From a virus, in IMG/VR virus record IMGVR_UViG_3300039412_000320: 64,000 nt of DNA. One strand, given 5' to 3'. A model generated the notes under the pieces. The model saw only the letters and a list, made by a program, of their open reading frames with translations. It ran no database searches and was not told the origin of the DNA. Below, piece by piece: positions 17,509 through 27,059 of this stretch. Each line of letters starts with the position of its first letter. Within the stretch, counting starts at the first letter, position 1. Position numbers and translations under genes: made by a program.

Positions 17509-17854
17509 AGCCAAGAAAGGCTTTTTGGACGGCTATAAGACCTACGACCCCGACGCCGAGGGCTACGGCTCCCCGGCGCAGTGGCGGGCGGCGTTTGCCC
17601 ACCGGATGTCGCAGGAAGAGGCCGAGGAAGTGTTCGTGGGCAAGCAGTACGGCCCGTGGGCGGTCCTTGGCGTTCCCGAGGGAAGCCCATGGAGGGTCGT
17701 CAAGAGCGCCTTCCGCCGTCTGTCGATGGCTTGCCATCCTGACCGCTGCATCCTCAATAACATGACCAAGGCCGAGGCGGACGAAAAGTTCAAGGAACTG
17801 ACCGCTGCTTTCACCATAATTGACAACGAGTATACTCGAAAGGGGTTAAAATGA
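17501..17854 (+). CDS. J-domain (DnaJ-like) protein
   Basis: C-terminal 'WAVLGVPEGSPWRVVKSAFRRLSMACHPDR...KAEADEKFKELTAAFTII' carries the HPD motif and helices II/III. The track's longer ORF from 17267 has a low-complexity out-of-frame-looking N-terminus. Confidence 0.6.
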   Translation: MPKAKKGFLDGYKTYDPDAEGYGSPAQWRAAFAHRMSQEEAEEVFVGKQYGPWAVLGVPEGSPWRVVKSAFRRLSMACHPDRCILNNMTKAEADEKFKELTAAFTIIDNEYTRKGLK

Positions 17855-18132
17855 GCGACGAAACGCATCGGGTTACGGGCACGTTCATGACGAGGGACCT
17901 AGAAGCTGACACACAAAGCGGTCGGCCCGGTCATCGGCTCGTCATGGTGTACGGGGTCTTGAGCGTCCCCGAGGGTGCTCTCAAGGGCGAGCACCAGTAC
18001 GTTACCGTGGGCGATGCTCACGAGGGCGTGATGATGCTCAGCCTGCTGACTGACCGGGGAATTGACCGGTCGAATCTCAGCATCGGTAACTCCCCGAGTG
18101 GGATGTACCATGAGGCGATTTGGAGTGTGTAA
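17851..18132 (+). CDS. hypothetical protein
   Basis: ATGA overlap with upstream gene. Confidence 0.45.
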   Translation: MSDETHRVTGTFMTRDLEADTQSGRPGHRLVMVYGVLSVPEGALKGEHQYVTVGDAHEGVMMLSLLTDRGIDRSNLSIGNSPSGMYHEAIWSV

Positions 18133-18154
18133 AACGTTAATGAGGCGTTAGTTT

Positions 18155-19321
18155 ATGGAATTATCTCCGACTCCATATACCCCCGAAACACAAATTCCCG
18201 GAACGCAGCTTATATACCTGCGTGAAAGCAATAGAAGGTCCAATGCGGGAAAACGGATGGTATGGGTACGATGCATCCTTCACGGAAATGAGTTCGAGGT
18301 CGTCTTGTCTCACCTAAAGTCCGGGCACACAAAGGGTTGCTTTCAAAATGAAAAGTGTATTCTTCATGATTTCATTCCGGGAAACCTATACCCCGGAACA
18401 GAGATAACATGTGTTCGAGTGGTGGGAACAAGGAAAGGGCAGACCATCGTTGCTGTTTGTTGCAAACACAAAGAATTTGAGGTTGCTTTGAAAGACCTTA
18501 AAAGCGGAAACACGAAAAGGGGATGTTGGGAGTGCGGGGTAGCCAGCCGGGCGGACAAGCAACGTAAATCGTCGGAAAGCATCCTTGTCGAATTAAAAAG
18601 TAGGTGGGGCAGTGAAACCTATGACTACTCCAAGGCTATATTTTACGGAACCCATGTCCCCGTCACCGTCATCTGCCATAAAACCGATAATAACGGGGTG
18701 GAACACGGAGGGTGGTCTGTTACTCCTCACAATCACATGAAGACCGGTTGTCCCAAATGCGGGGATGATGTCGGGGCTGAAAAGCGTAAATTCACTGAAA
18801 AAGAGTTTAAGGATAAGGTCAAGGAAGTTTGGGGAGACCAATACGACCTAAGTGAGCTTGACTACATCACTGCTCAAGGGTGGATTTACCCCATTTGTCC
18901 TAAATCAGGGCACGGGAAGTGGATGACGAGGGCGTACAGCTTTTTACAAGGGCACGGGTGCCCTGTATGCAGTGAGTCTAAGGGAGAAAGGGCTATACGT
19001 GAATATCTTGAGAAGATGGGGATTGCTTTTTTCCAAGAACAAACTTTTGGTGGTTGCCGAAACCACCTGCCCTTACACTTTGACTTTTTCCTCCCGGATA
19101 TTAAGACTCTGATTGAATTTCAAGGGGTGCATCATTATTGTCCGACTCGATTTGGTGGAATAAATCAGCAAGTAGCGGAAGAAAACTTTTCCAAACAACA
19201 GGAGCGAGATGTACTTAAACGACAGTGGGTAGCTGACAACGGTTTCCGCTTGATTGAAATTCCACATACAATTCAATTTGATTCCATTCCTTCTTATCTT
19301 GAGAAACTTCTAGTCATCTAG
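18155..19321 (+). CDS. putative nuclease (PD-(D/E)XK/Vsr-like C-terminal domain) with tandem N-terminal Zn-ribbon/'KSGxTK' modules; homing-endonuclease-like
   Basis: Duplicated 'GNEFEVVLSHLKSGHTKGC' / 'HKEFEVALKDLKSGNTKRGCWEC'; 'GCPKCG', 'GHGCPVCS'; C-terminus 'EYLEKMGIAFFQEQTF...FDFFLPDIKTLIEFQGVHHY'. Confidence 0.45.
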   Translation: MELSPTPYTPETQIPGTQLIYLRESNRRSNAGKRMVWVRCILHGNEFEVVLSHLKSGHTKGCFQNEKCILHDFIPGNLYPGTEITCVRVVGTRKGQTIVAVCCKHKEFEVALKDLKSGNTKRGCWECGVASRADKQRKSSESILVELKSRWGSETYDYSKAIFYGTHVPVTVICHKTDNNGVEHGGWSVTPHNHMKTGCPKCGDDVGAEKRKFTEKEFKDKVKEVWGDQYDLSELDYITAQGWIYPICPKSGHGKWMTRAYSFLQGHGCPVCSESKGERAIREYLEKMGIAFFQEQTFGGCRNHLPLHFDFFLPDIKTLIEFQGVHHYCPTRFGGINQQVAEENFSKQQERDVLKRQWVADNGFRLIEIPHTIQFDSIPSYLEKLLVI

Positions 19322-19406
19322 TATTATCCAGTATGGACACGCAGTTTAGGCCGGGCATAACCCCATCCGAACATCTTCACAAATCAATCCTATCTGATTC
19401 ATTTAT

Positions 19407-20219
19407 ATGGTTCTAGTTCATCTATACCGGTATCCCCATCCGACTATCCCCAACCAGTGGCTTTATGTTGGTCAGGGAGTAAATCGGGATAAACAACACC
19501 GGTCCGGGGCATCATCCTTTGGTCGCCGATTTAGGAAGTTGTTTCCAGACACTCACCTCCCCGAGCCTGTTAGGTGGACTGAACCCGCCTCAAACCATCT
19601 TGAGGCCAATGAAGCAGAGACTATTGCTATGTTTAGATATCATACTTGGCGAGGGTATCAAGGAGGGATGAATCTGACATTACCCGGCACAAAAGATTAT
19701 GAACACTTAGGGAAAATTGGAGGAGCAGTAGTAGGTCGTATAACTAAGGAAAACGGTACTGGACTTTTCCGTCTTACATCGGAACAATTAAGCCAAGCGG
19801 GGCGTAAAGGTGGACTTATTGGAATTCGCAATATGCCCCGAGAAGCGAAGGTTCGTGGTGGTAAAACTTCGGGTCCAGATAACTTAAAAAAGATGACAAA
19901 AGAAGCAAAAATACGAGGTTGTTACCTTGGTGGTAAATCTTCCGGTTCAATTTCAGGTAAACGATGTAAAGAAAACGGTCATCTAGCAAAAATCTGTCAC
20001 CTTGGGGGGTTAATTCGGGGTCCTATTCAGGGTAGAAAGAATGTAGAAAGCGGACTTCTATCCCGTATTTGTGCGGATGGAGGAAGGATTAGTGGTAGAA
20101 AAATGGCGAAGGTTCCCGGCTATATGTCAGGACTTGGTCGTATTAGTGCTTGCTTACGTTGGAGGATTCCTCGTGGCAGACCTTGTACTTGTGGAAAACA
20201 CTTGCCGCCTGAAACCTAG
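19407..20219 (+). CDS. degenerate GIY-YIG-like protein sharing the C-terminal GG-repeat and RGRPCTCGKH module with the GIY-YIG paralogs
   Basis: 'LYRY...WLYVGQG...YQGGMN'; 'CLRWRIPRGRPCTCGKH'. Confidence 0.55.
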   Translation: MVLVHLYRYPHPTIPNQWLYVGQGVNRDKQHRSGASSFGRRFRKLFPDTHLPEPVRWTEPASNHLEANEAETIAMFRYHTWRGYQGGMNLTLPGTKDYEHLGKIGGAVVGRITKENGTGLFRLTSEQLSQAGRKGGLIGIRNMPREAKVRGGKTSGPDNLKKMTKEAKIRGCYLGGKSSGSISGKRCKENGHLAKICHLGGLIRGPIQGRKNVESGLLSRICADGGRISGRKMAKVPGYMSGLGRISACLRWRIPRGRPCTCGKHLPPET

Positions 20220-20230
20220 TATTATTCCTT

Positions 20231-21007
20231 ATGGGTGTTCGATTCAGGCCGGGAGTATCAATTAGTGGGTATCCTCCCATCACACAACTTCTCCTTAAAA
20301 AATCATCCAAACCCTTCAACATTCTTGTCGGTGAGGACCATTTTCAAATACGTTTCGCCGAACACATCCTTGACCTAAAACACCGTATTGTAGAGAGCGT
20401 TGTCGATGCGGACCTCTTAACGGGAGAACCCTGTCTTTTGTGTGTCACGACCATCCGGGTCGTGGACATTTCCGAAAAAGTCAAAGACAAAACAGCCATT
20501 TGGTCTATCGGACCTTTGGAAAAAGGGAGTCCGGGAGCAATGGCAATCGTGAAATATGCTGTTTCTATTTTGAAAAAGGAAGTGCCTGACAAAGATACCT
20601 TAAAGAAGATTGCTGATGCTCTTACCCAAGAGGGCATCGAAGACATCCCTATTGCCATCTGGAACGCCGTGGGGTTACTCTCAGGACCGGCCCCCGGCGA
20701 GTATGTACGCTGGCTGGAGCCGTGGGAAAGCCATCGAAGCTGGCTCCGCCCGGAGGTAGACCCCGGATACCGGCTAAACACCCTTTTCCGGGACCTGTCG
20801 GCTTATGCCTTCATTAGTGCAGGCGAGGAGGAGAGCCTCAAGAAGGCCGGGCTATTCCTGTCGCCCTCTAAGCTTAAGTACCTGTCAAACCTTAAGCTGG
20901 ATTCCGTGCGGGTGCATAATACGCTCCGGGAATTGTCCCAATGGCGTATCAAACGCCCGGACCCATATCCTTGTGTATTGAAGATTTCGGCCATATGGCA
21001 ACCGTGA
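20231..21007 (+). CDS. hypothetical protein
   Basis: ATG directly after 'TAGTATTATTCCTT'. Confidence 0.5.
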   Translation: MGVRFRPGVSISGYPPITQLLLKKSSKPFNILVGEDHFQIRFAEHILDLKHRIVESVVDADLLTGEPCLLCVTTIRVVDISEKVKDKTAIWSIGPLEKGSPGAMAIVKYAVSILKKEVPDKDTLKKIADALTQEGIEDIPIAIWNAVGLLSGPAPGEYVRWLEPWESHRSWLRPEVDPGYRLNTLFRDLSAYAFISAGEEESLKKAGLFLSPSKLKYLSNLKLDSVRVHNTLRELSQWRIKRPDPYPCVLKISAIWQP

Positions 21008-21046
21008 AAAAACAACTTTCTATCCCTTAATCAGGAGGAAGTTGTT

Positions 21047-21742
21047 ATGTTCATTTATCTGATTGTTAATCATGATATCGGCAAATATTATGCCGGTCAA
21101 CATAAGGGGAATAATCTTAAAAAGTATCTTCAACAGAAATTTAACCATGCTCAAAGGGGGATTTCTGGCCAATCTTACCTTTATAATTCAATGCGGGCAC
21201 ACCCAGACTCCAAGGTCTGGTCCATTCATGCCCTTCGTTCGGATATCCAAACAAAAGAAGAGCTTAACGAAACCGAGAGGGATTTTATCAAATTTCTGCG
21301 GTCACAAGACCCCGAGTATGGGTACAACATTTGTCGGGGCGGAGAAGGATTCACCGGACCGCATACGGAGGAGACTCGAAAAAGGATATCTCACATTGTT
21401 AAAAATGCATGGAAGACCCCGGAAAAGCGAAAAAATATGCAGTGTAATGGTAATCATCAGTCTCGTGAAGTTAGGGTTCGTAACGGTCAAAAATTAGGTA
21501 AGTGGGGTGTGGAAACCGGGCACCTATTAAAGATTTCTTCACTTGGTTCTCTCGCACAACCTCGTGAGGACAAAGTGAGGGCAGGAAAAATTGGTATTCA
21601 GAGAGGACTTTTGAAACGGACCAAAGAACAAATGACCCTTGATGGTAAGAAAGGGGGATTGTTGGGAGGAAAAATCTCTTGTTGCAAACGTTGGAATATT
21701 GACCGTGGGAAACCGTGTGTTTGTGGAAAGCACCTAAAATAG
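21047..21742 (+). CDS. GIY-YIG homing endonuclease (paralog family A)
   Basis: 'MFIYLIVNHDIGKYYAGQHKG'; 'CKRWNIDRGKPCVCGKH'; class A motif at 21014-21038. Confidence 0.8.
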   Translation: MFIYLIVNHDIGKYYAGQHKGNNLKKYLQQKFNHAQRGISGQSYLYNSMRAHPDSKVWSIHALRSDIQTKEELNETERDFIKFLRSQDPEYGYNICRGGEGFTGPHTEETRKRISHIVKNAWKTPEKRKNMQCNGNHQSREVRVRNGQKLGKWGVETGHLLKISSLGSLAQPREDKVRAGKIGIQRGLLKRTKEQMTLDGKKGGLLGGKISCCKRWNIDRGKPCVCGKHLK

Positions 21743-21756
21743 AATTTTATAAAAAA

Positions 21757-22140
21757 ATGAGTATTATATCTCGTGGAAAGGAAGTCATGGGAAGTTCTCG
21801 CATAGGGCTTGAAATCCTAATTGAAAAAGTCAGGCACTCTTTGGGTGTGAGGAAGAATAAAGCAAGGGAAATTGTCTTTGCCGTCGCCTCCTGCCTCGAA
21901 GAAACCCTTAAGGATAACCTCGGTACTGATGGGTTTTCCCTCAAGCTTCACAGTTTCGGAAAGTTCACCGTCCGGCATAGGGCGGCGAGCCTACGGAAAA
22001 TTCCCCTCACGGGGAAAGTCAGCATGACGAGTGAAAAACACAAAATCAAATTTGTCTCACTGGGAGAGTTGCGCAAGCTGGAGAAAGTCAAGCCCCTGCC
22101 CGCTGCCCCCCCGATTTCTTTACCAATGCAGACCGGTTAA
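21757..22140 (+). CDS. HU/IHF-like DNA-binding protein
   Basis: 'FGKFTVRHRAASLRKIPLTGKVSMTSEKHKIKFVSLGELRK' matches the HU arm/beta region. Confidence 0.6.
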   Translation: MSIISRGKEVMGSSRIGLEILIEKVRHSLGVRKNKAREIVFAVASCLEETLKDNLGTDGFSLKLHSFGKFTVRHRAASLRKIPLTGKVSMTSEKHKIKFVSLGELRKLEKVKPLPAAPPISLPMQTG

Positions 22141-22224
22141 TGTTCCAAGAGCCGGTTCAGTGGCTTGGTAACTGAAAGCTTTCTTTACCAACTCAAATCG
22201 TTTAATCTTTAGGAGGATTACAAC

Positions 22225-23199
22225 ATGAAGCAGTTCGCAGATGATGAATTGACCGACTTAGTACCACCCACTTCCCCCGTTCAACAAGCAGCAGCACCTC
22301 CCCCTCCCGCCGCTCCTGCTCCGCAGGCTCCGCCGCCCCCCGTGGCAACGGCAGCGCCAGCGCCCGTATTCACTGCACCAGCACCGGCACCTGTATTCAC
22401 CGCTCCCCTTCAAACCGCCAAAGTAAGTTCCATTGAAGACCTAGACCTTCCCGGCACCGCAGGGACAGCAATCGCCGCAGCGCCCACCTTTGCCGCCACA
22501 CCCGGCACGGAGTTGGTCGGACGGGCTATTGACTTTGACAACGCCGAACCGTTGAAGACGGGAGATGGATTGAGCCGCATCCGCCCGGCGAAGGGCAGTG
22601 GGAAGCCGTCTCGTTTCGCTTTAATCGGACCCCCGCCTTACGGCCCCGGTATCGCTCCTCGTGCCGCCCGCAGTCACTACGTTCCCACCAAAGATGGCAA
22701 GCGGAATTGCATTTGCCTCGCCGATGGCACTAATGACGTTGGACTCTGCTGCACCAAGTTGCAGGAAGAGGGCCGGACGCACATCATCCACCTCGCCCTC
22801 GAATACACCAACTGCAACCCCACCAACGGCAACTACCCGAAGGGGTACACTGGTCCAATCGAATGGAGGATTGGTTTCGTTGACCTCTCCCCCTCTCAGT
22901 TTAACACGTTGAAGGACAAGCCGCAAGAGGGTAAGTCCGTCTACGATTACGACTACGTGATGGTCATGAACGGCAACCGCTACGACTTCAACATCAAGTC
23001 GCCGGTCGCCCGCTGGAAGCTTGACCCCGAAGTGGTCAAGGCCGTTACCGAAGCGGTTCAACCCTTTGTCCGGGACGGCGGCGTGAAGCTTGCCAAGCGC
23101 CTCGGTACGAAGAAGTCTATTCTCGAATGGAAAGCGCTCCTCTCCGGTGTCGCCGTGGGAGCCGCTGAGGCCAGTCTGGACGATGTGGAAAGCATTTAA
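22225..23199 (+). CDS. hypothetical protein with Pro/Ala-rich N-terminus (possible virion protein)
   Basis: Strong SD AGGAGG; PPPP/APAP low-complexity region then a globular domain. Confidence 0.55.
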   Translation: MKQFADDELTDLVPPTSPVQQAAAPPPPAAPAPQAPPPPVATAAPAPVFTAPAPAPVFTAPLQTAKVSSIEDLDLPGTAGTAIAAAPTFAATPGTELVGRAIDFDNAEPLKTGDGLSRIRPAKGSGKPSRFALIGPPPYGPGIAPRAARSHYVPTKDGKRNCICLADGTNDVGLCCTKLQEEGRTHIIHLALEYTNCNPTNGNYPKGYTGPIEWRIGFVDLSPSQFNTLKDKPQEGKSVYDYDYVMVMNGNRYDFNIKSPVARWKLDPEVVKAVTEAVQPFVRDGGVKLAKRLGTKKSILEWKALLSGVAVGAAEASLDDVESI

Positions 23200-23337
23200 C
23201 AACCTGTTCGGTTGGGGGGAGCCAATCTCCCCCCAGCTAGAACAGCAAGATCTTGAACCCGAGGAGGAAAGCATGACGTATTCTGACCTTGAGCTTGGAG
23301 ATATCGTTTTTTGGAAAGCGGCGGACCGCCCAGGACG

Positions 23338-23451
23338 GTGACGAACATCTGCAATAACACTATTACAACGGCGTGGTTTGATGAAGAGTACACTCTCCAC
23401 ACCGTCATTGTCGTTGCCGAAGCTTTAACGTTCGATGACCCCAACGATTGA
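23338..23451 (+). CDS. possible 37-aa small ORF (GTG start) not in the ORF track
   Basis: Protein-like translation 'TNICNNTITTAWFDEEYTLHTVIVVAEALTFDDPND'; AGGA 4 nt upstream. Confidence 0.2.
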   Translation: MTNICNNTITTAWFDEEYTLHTVIVVAEALTFDDPND

Positions 23452-23475
23452 TTAAGTACCTCAAAGGAAGGACTT

Positions 23476-23754
23476 ATGGCTATCAAATATCTGGACCCCA
23501 AGCTCCTCGTGAGCGAGGGCTACTTACAGGAAGCCAACCGGCAGTTTTTCCACCCGCTTGGCATGGCTCTCGAAGTTAACCCGCAGACCGGAGAAATCAA
23601 GGTGTGGGATTACCGGGATGACCCTGAGGGTATCAACTTCTCCGAAAAGGTGGATTTGAAACCCAAGGCGGAAGCTGTTCTCAACCTCGAAGCCACCAAG
23701 TACGCCTCTCGCAAGAAGGCACTTGGTTATTGGGTGCAACCGGTGGTGTCGTGA
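23476..23754 (+). CDS. hypothetical protein
   Basis: SD 'AAGGAAGG' upstream. Confidence 0.5.
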   Translation: MAIKYLDPKLLVSEGYLQEANRQFFHPLGMALEVNPQTGEIKVWDYRDDPEGINFSEKVDLKPKAEAVLNLEATKYASRKKALGYWVQPVVS

Positions 23755-24695
23755 GGACTCCCAAGGAAATCATCTTGAGGTTCCCGGAAGCCTTGCCGGA
23801 CGTGGACCATTGGCTTGTCATGGGGTTGGACCCCAGCCTCTCCCGCACCGGGTATGCGATGATGCATGTCATCCTGCCCGAAGACCCCCACAAAGGCCAA
23901 CCCTGTAAGCATCCCGGATGTCTCAGCCATGTATCCCACCCTTGTGAGGAATGCGGACGCACGGCGGGCATGTTCGGTACCTACGCTGATTGGACACAGG
24001 TGGGCAGTGTCAAGCCGGATTCTTCCAAAGACCCCATTTGGATTCGCAGCAAGGGTATCTCCCTGTTCCTCAAGGAACGTCTCAGTGAAGCGGCCACAAC
24101 CATCAAGTTCGAGGATTTTCTTGCCATAAACAATGGGCAGCCCAGCGTCACTCCCATTCATACCATGGGTCTGCTCATTGCCACGGAGCATCCCACGCCG
24201 ACCAACGATTACCTTGTGGCATTGAACCGTATTATGCATCTTGTTCTGTTCGATGGAGACTTGTGGAAGAAGTTTGCCGTGGTAAAGATTCTCTCCATCA
24301 ATGCCAGCACCTTGCGTAGCCTCATGGGCCTGTCCCAGCGGGGAACTACCAATAAGAAAGAGAACATCCTCAAGGCTTACGAGTTTATTGACAAGACCCG
24401 GTTTCCGGCTCTGGACCCTGATTCCTGTGACGCCGTTCTGTTGGCGATGATGGGGCGGTATGTATCCAGCATATTGCTCGGTCGGCCTCGTGAAATCCCG
24501 GAGAGGGTCCTCCAGTCACTTTGCAACTCCGCCCAAATCTCCAAGGGCAAGGGGCGTAATCAACATTTCGTAACGGCAGGAGTTTTGCATCGTCCTGAGT
24601 ATTTCTATGAGTATCAAAAATTAACTTTCAAATTCTTGAGTAGGGATGCAAGCTCAACGGAACGAAAACTCGATGTGTGTGAGTACCAAATCTAA
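23751..24695 (+). CDS. RuvC-like Holliday junction resolvase with Zn-ribbon insertion
   Basis: 'LVMGLDPSLSRTGYAMM' and 'DSCDAVLLAMMG' are RuvC-like; inserted 'CKHPGCLSHVSHPCEECG'. Start uncertain (GTG 23751 or TTG 23730). Confidence 0.5.
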   Translation: MRTPKEIILRFPEALPDVDHWLVMGLDPSLSRTGYAMMHVILPEDPHKGQPCKHPGCLSHVSHPCEECGRTAGMFGTYADWTQVGSVKPDSSKDPIWIRSKGISLFLKERLSEAATTIKFEDFLAINNGQPSVTPIHTMGLLIATEHPTPTNDYLVALNRIMHLVLFDGDLWKKFAVVKILSINASTLRSLMGLSQRGTTNKKENILKAYEFIDKTRFPALDPDSCDAVLLAMMGRYVSSILLGRPREIPERVLQSLCNSAQISKGKGRNQHFVTAGVLHRPEYFYEYQKLTFKFLSRDASSTERKLDVCEYQI

Positions 24696-25410
24696 GGCCC
24701 GTCATTTGGTTGGGAAAACATTTGGGTTGTGGTTTGTCATATCTTACAAAGGTCGGGGAGTTTATCAATGCCGATGTAGATGTGGAACTGAGAAACCGGT
24801 ATACGGTTCCAATCTTACTCAAAAGAAAACTGGGAGTTGCGGGTGTGTACCTTTTCCCACCAGAAAAGCATGGAATTTCAAAGACCTTTCCGGTAAAAGG
24901 TTTGGTTTTTTGGAGGTACAAGAACTAGACCATGTTGAAAAAAACCGGGTTTTTTGGAAGTGCCTGTGTGTTTGTGGAAAGATTTTACCTGTAAGTACCA
25001 ATAATTTATCCCGCACTACTAGTTGTGGGTGTCGGCGCTATGCCAATCTTTTAGAACCCAAAGAGTTTCTGAGTGGACGGGTATACCGTGAGTATAAGAC
25101 CAGTGCTAAGTCTAGGGGATTGAAATGGGGGCTAGAGAAAGAATTATTCTTGAGTTTAATTTTTCAACCCTGCCATTATTGTGGAGCACCCCCCAGCAAT
25201 GAAGCGGTTACCCGTCGTCTTTACAATAATGGAAAGCTGCCCTACAATGGGATTGATAGGAAAGATATCCATAAGGGATATATTCCGGGCAATGTAGTTC
25301 CTTGTTGTCGTATATGTAATTGGGCAAAACAACAACTTTCCTATGAAGAGTTTTTGAATCATATAAGAAAAATGGCAGTTCATCTCAGTATTCTATCACA
25401 GGAGGAATAA
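24646..25410 (+). CDS. HNH homing endonuclease
   Basis: 'CHYCGAPPS...YNGIDRKDIHKGYIPGNVVPCCRICNWAK'; class A motif at 24623-24645. Confidence 0.8.
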   Translation: MQAQRNENSMCVSTKSKARHLVGKTFGLWFVISYKGRGVYQCRCRCGTEKPVYGSNLTQKKTGSCGCVPFPTRKAWNFKDLSGKRFGFLEVQELDHVEKNRVFWKCLCVCGKILPVSTNNLSRTTSCGCRRYANLLEPKEFLSGRVYREYKTSAKSRGLKWGLEKELFLSLIFQPCHYCGAPPSNEAVTRRLYNNGKLPYNGIDRKDIHKGYIPGNVVPCCRICNWAKQQLSYEEFLNHIRKMAVHLSILSQEE

Positions 25411-26747
25411 TGGCAAAGGCAGCCGCAAAGAAGAAGAAGGAAAAGGAACTCAATTTTGAAATGCCGACTGGCAGTCCCCGGACTTGGACGGTGGAACAGC
25501 GGCGTAATGCCCTTGCTTACTTGCGCAAGGATACGAAGTCCGACCATCGTATCTACGGCAAGGACTTTCAGGAAATCCTTGTTCCCTATGGTCACTTCGT
25601 CTTTGACAAGGTTCTACGGCTCGGCGGTATCGCCCGAGGCGGACGCATTACGCAGATACACGGCAATGAGGGCGCTGGCAAGACCACCACTGCCTTTGTA
25701 AACGCCGCCAATTACCAGCAAGCAACCGGTGAACCCATCGCTATCTTCGAGTACGAACCGGCCATTAGCGCCCAGTACGCTTACGCTCTCGGTGTTGACC
25801 CCGACCTCTGTTTCTTCGAGCAGCCGTCCAACTTGCAAGAGTCCATCAAGCGGCATATTCAGCTTCTCACCAAATATGGTATCCGCTACTTCGTGGATGA
25901 CTCCATCCCGTTCATGCAGATGAAGGTGGAGCTTAAGGATATTGAAAGCGGCAAAGCATTCCGGGCTAACTACGGAAGCCATGCTAAGGGCATCACCACG
26001 TTCTACAAGTTTCTCACTCCTCACCTTATGGAGCAGGATGCCCACCTGACCATCATTAACCAGACTCGTGCCCGTATGGACGACGATGCGGAGAACGCTT
26101 CCCACTGGAGTTACACTAACCGGGAATACAGCCTGCCGGGCGGATATATGGCGAGGTTTGCTCCCAGCGTGATGCTGGAACTCATTCTGGAAACGGAAAT
26201 CAAGCCGTGGAGTTGGGATAAGATGCCGGACAAAAAAGAACAGTGGCTTCTCATCCAGCCCATGGGTGAAGTGCTCAAAAACTACCCGACCGCTAACAAG
26301 GTCCGGGTTCGCTCCCTCAAGAACAAGGTGACGGGCGGCGGCTACCGGGAAGCCTTCGTCTACGTCAGGCCCAACTTCGGCATTGACGAGAACATGAGCA
26401 TCCGGGAGCTTGCCTGCGGGTATGGCTTCATTGAGTACGACAAAAAGAAGTGGTTTGTCGGCAAGTCCGCCGACGACGCCATCATCACCTATGCCAGCAA
26501 AACAGAGCTTGTCGAAGACCTCGTTATCAAGCAAAACCCGGAGGTTCTCGGGAAGCTCAAGGGCATGGTTTTGGATGCCGTGGAGCACGATGAAACCGAG
26601 CGCTTCAAGGGTGAAGGTCTCAGTGAAGCGGAAAAGGCATTCCTCGAAGAGCCAGCGGGGAGCTACCCCGATGAGGAAGATTTTGGTGAAGTCCCCACCG
26701 CAGAATCTCTTGAAAATGCAGTAACAGAGATAGACGAACTTAAGTGA
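25410..26747 (+). CDS. RecA/UvsX-like recombinase
   Basis: 'LGGIARGGRITQIHGNEGAGKTTTAF' is a RecA-type Walker A; SD GGAGG. Confidence 0.7.
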   Translation: MAKAAAKKKKEKELNFEMPTGSPRTWTVEQRRNALAYLRKDTKSDHRIYGKDFQEILVPYGHFVFDKVLRLGGIARGGRITQIHGNEGAGKTTTAFVNAANYQQATGEPIAIFEYEPAISAQYAYALGVDPDLCFFEQPSNLQESIKRHIQLLTKYGIRYFVDDSIPFMQMKVELKDIESGKAFRANYGSHAKGITTFYKFLTPHLMEQDAHLTIINQTRARMDDDAENASHWSYTNREYSLPGGYMARFAPSVMLELILETEIKPWSWDKMPDKKEQWLLIQPMGEVLKNYPTANKVRVRSLKNKVTGGGYREAFVYVRPNFGIDENMSIRELACGYGFIEYDKKKWFVGKSADDAIITYASKTELVEDLVIKQNPEVLGKLKGMVLDAVEHDETERFKGEGLSEAEKAFLEEPAGSYPDEEDFGEVPTAESLENAVTEIDELK

Positions 26748-26753
26748 GGTGGC

Positions 26754-27059
26754 GTGGCTCTTTTTATTTTACTGTTTTTGGTCCTTGTAGTTCTTAATAT
26801 CTCTGATGGGATAACTACCTATATGGGACTTAAGAAAACGGAAAATGAGGAGGTAAACCCCATTGCATCTTGGTTGATGTGTAAAATCGGCAGTATTCCT
26901 GGAATTATTGTGGTGAAGGTCTTAGCCTTAAGCACCATTGCGGCTGGGATTTTCATTGTCGGTGTGAGGGGTGCCCCAGGGGTGGATATCACACTTTCTA
27001 TCCTGATAGCAGTTTACATTTGGGTTGTCGTTCATAACATCAAGGTTATTTACAAATGA
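26754..27059 (+). CDS. small integral membrane protein (3 predicted TM helices)
   Basis: Hydrophobic segments; stop/start overlap (ATGA) with the next gene. Confidence 0.5.
   Translation: MALFILLFLVLVVLNISDGITTYMGLKKTENEEVNPIASWLMCKIGSIPGIIVVKVLALSTIAAGIFIVGVRGAPGVDITLSILIAVYIWVVVHNIKVIYK

Noticed and set aside
17267-17854. Single 195-aa ORF as given in the track.
   Set aside because: The N-terminal 78 aa are Ser/Pro/Thr/Ala low-complexity and overlap a better, SD-proximal ORF (17260-17508) in another frame. The J-domain begins after an internal ATG that overlaps that ORF's stop.
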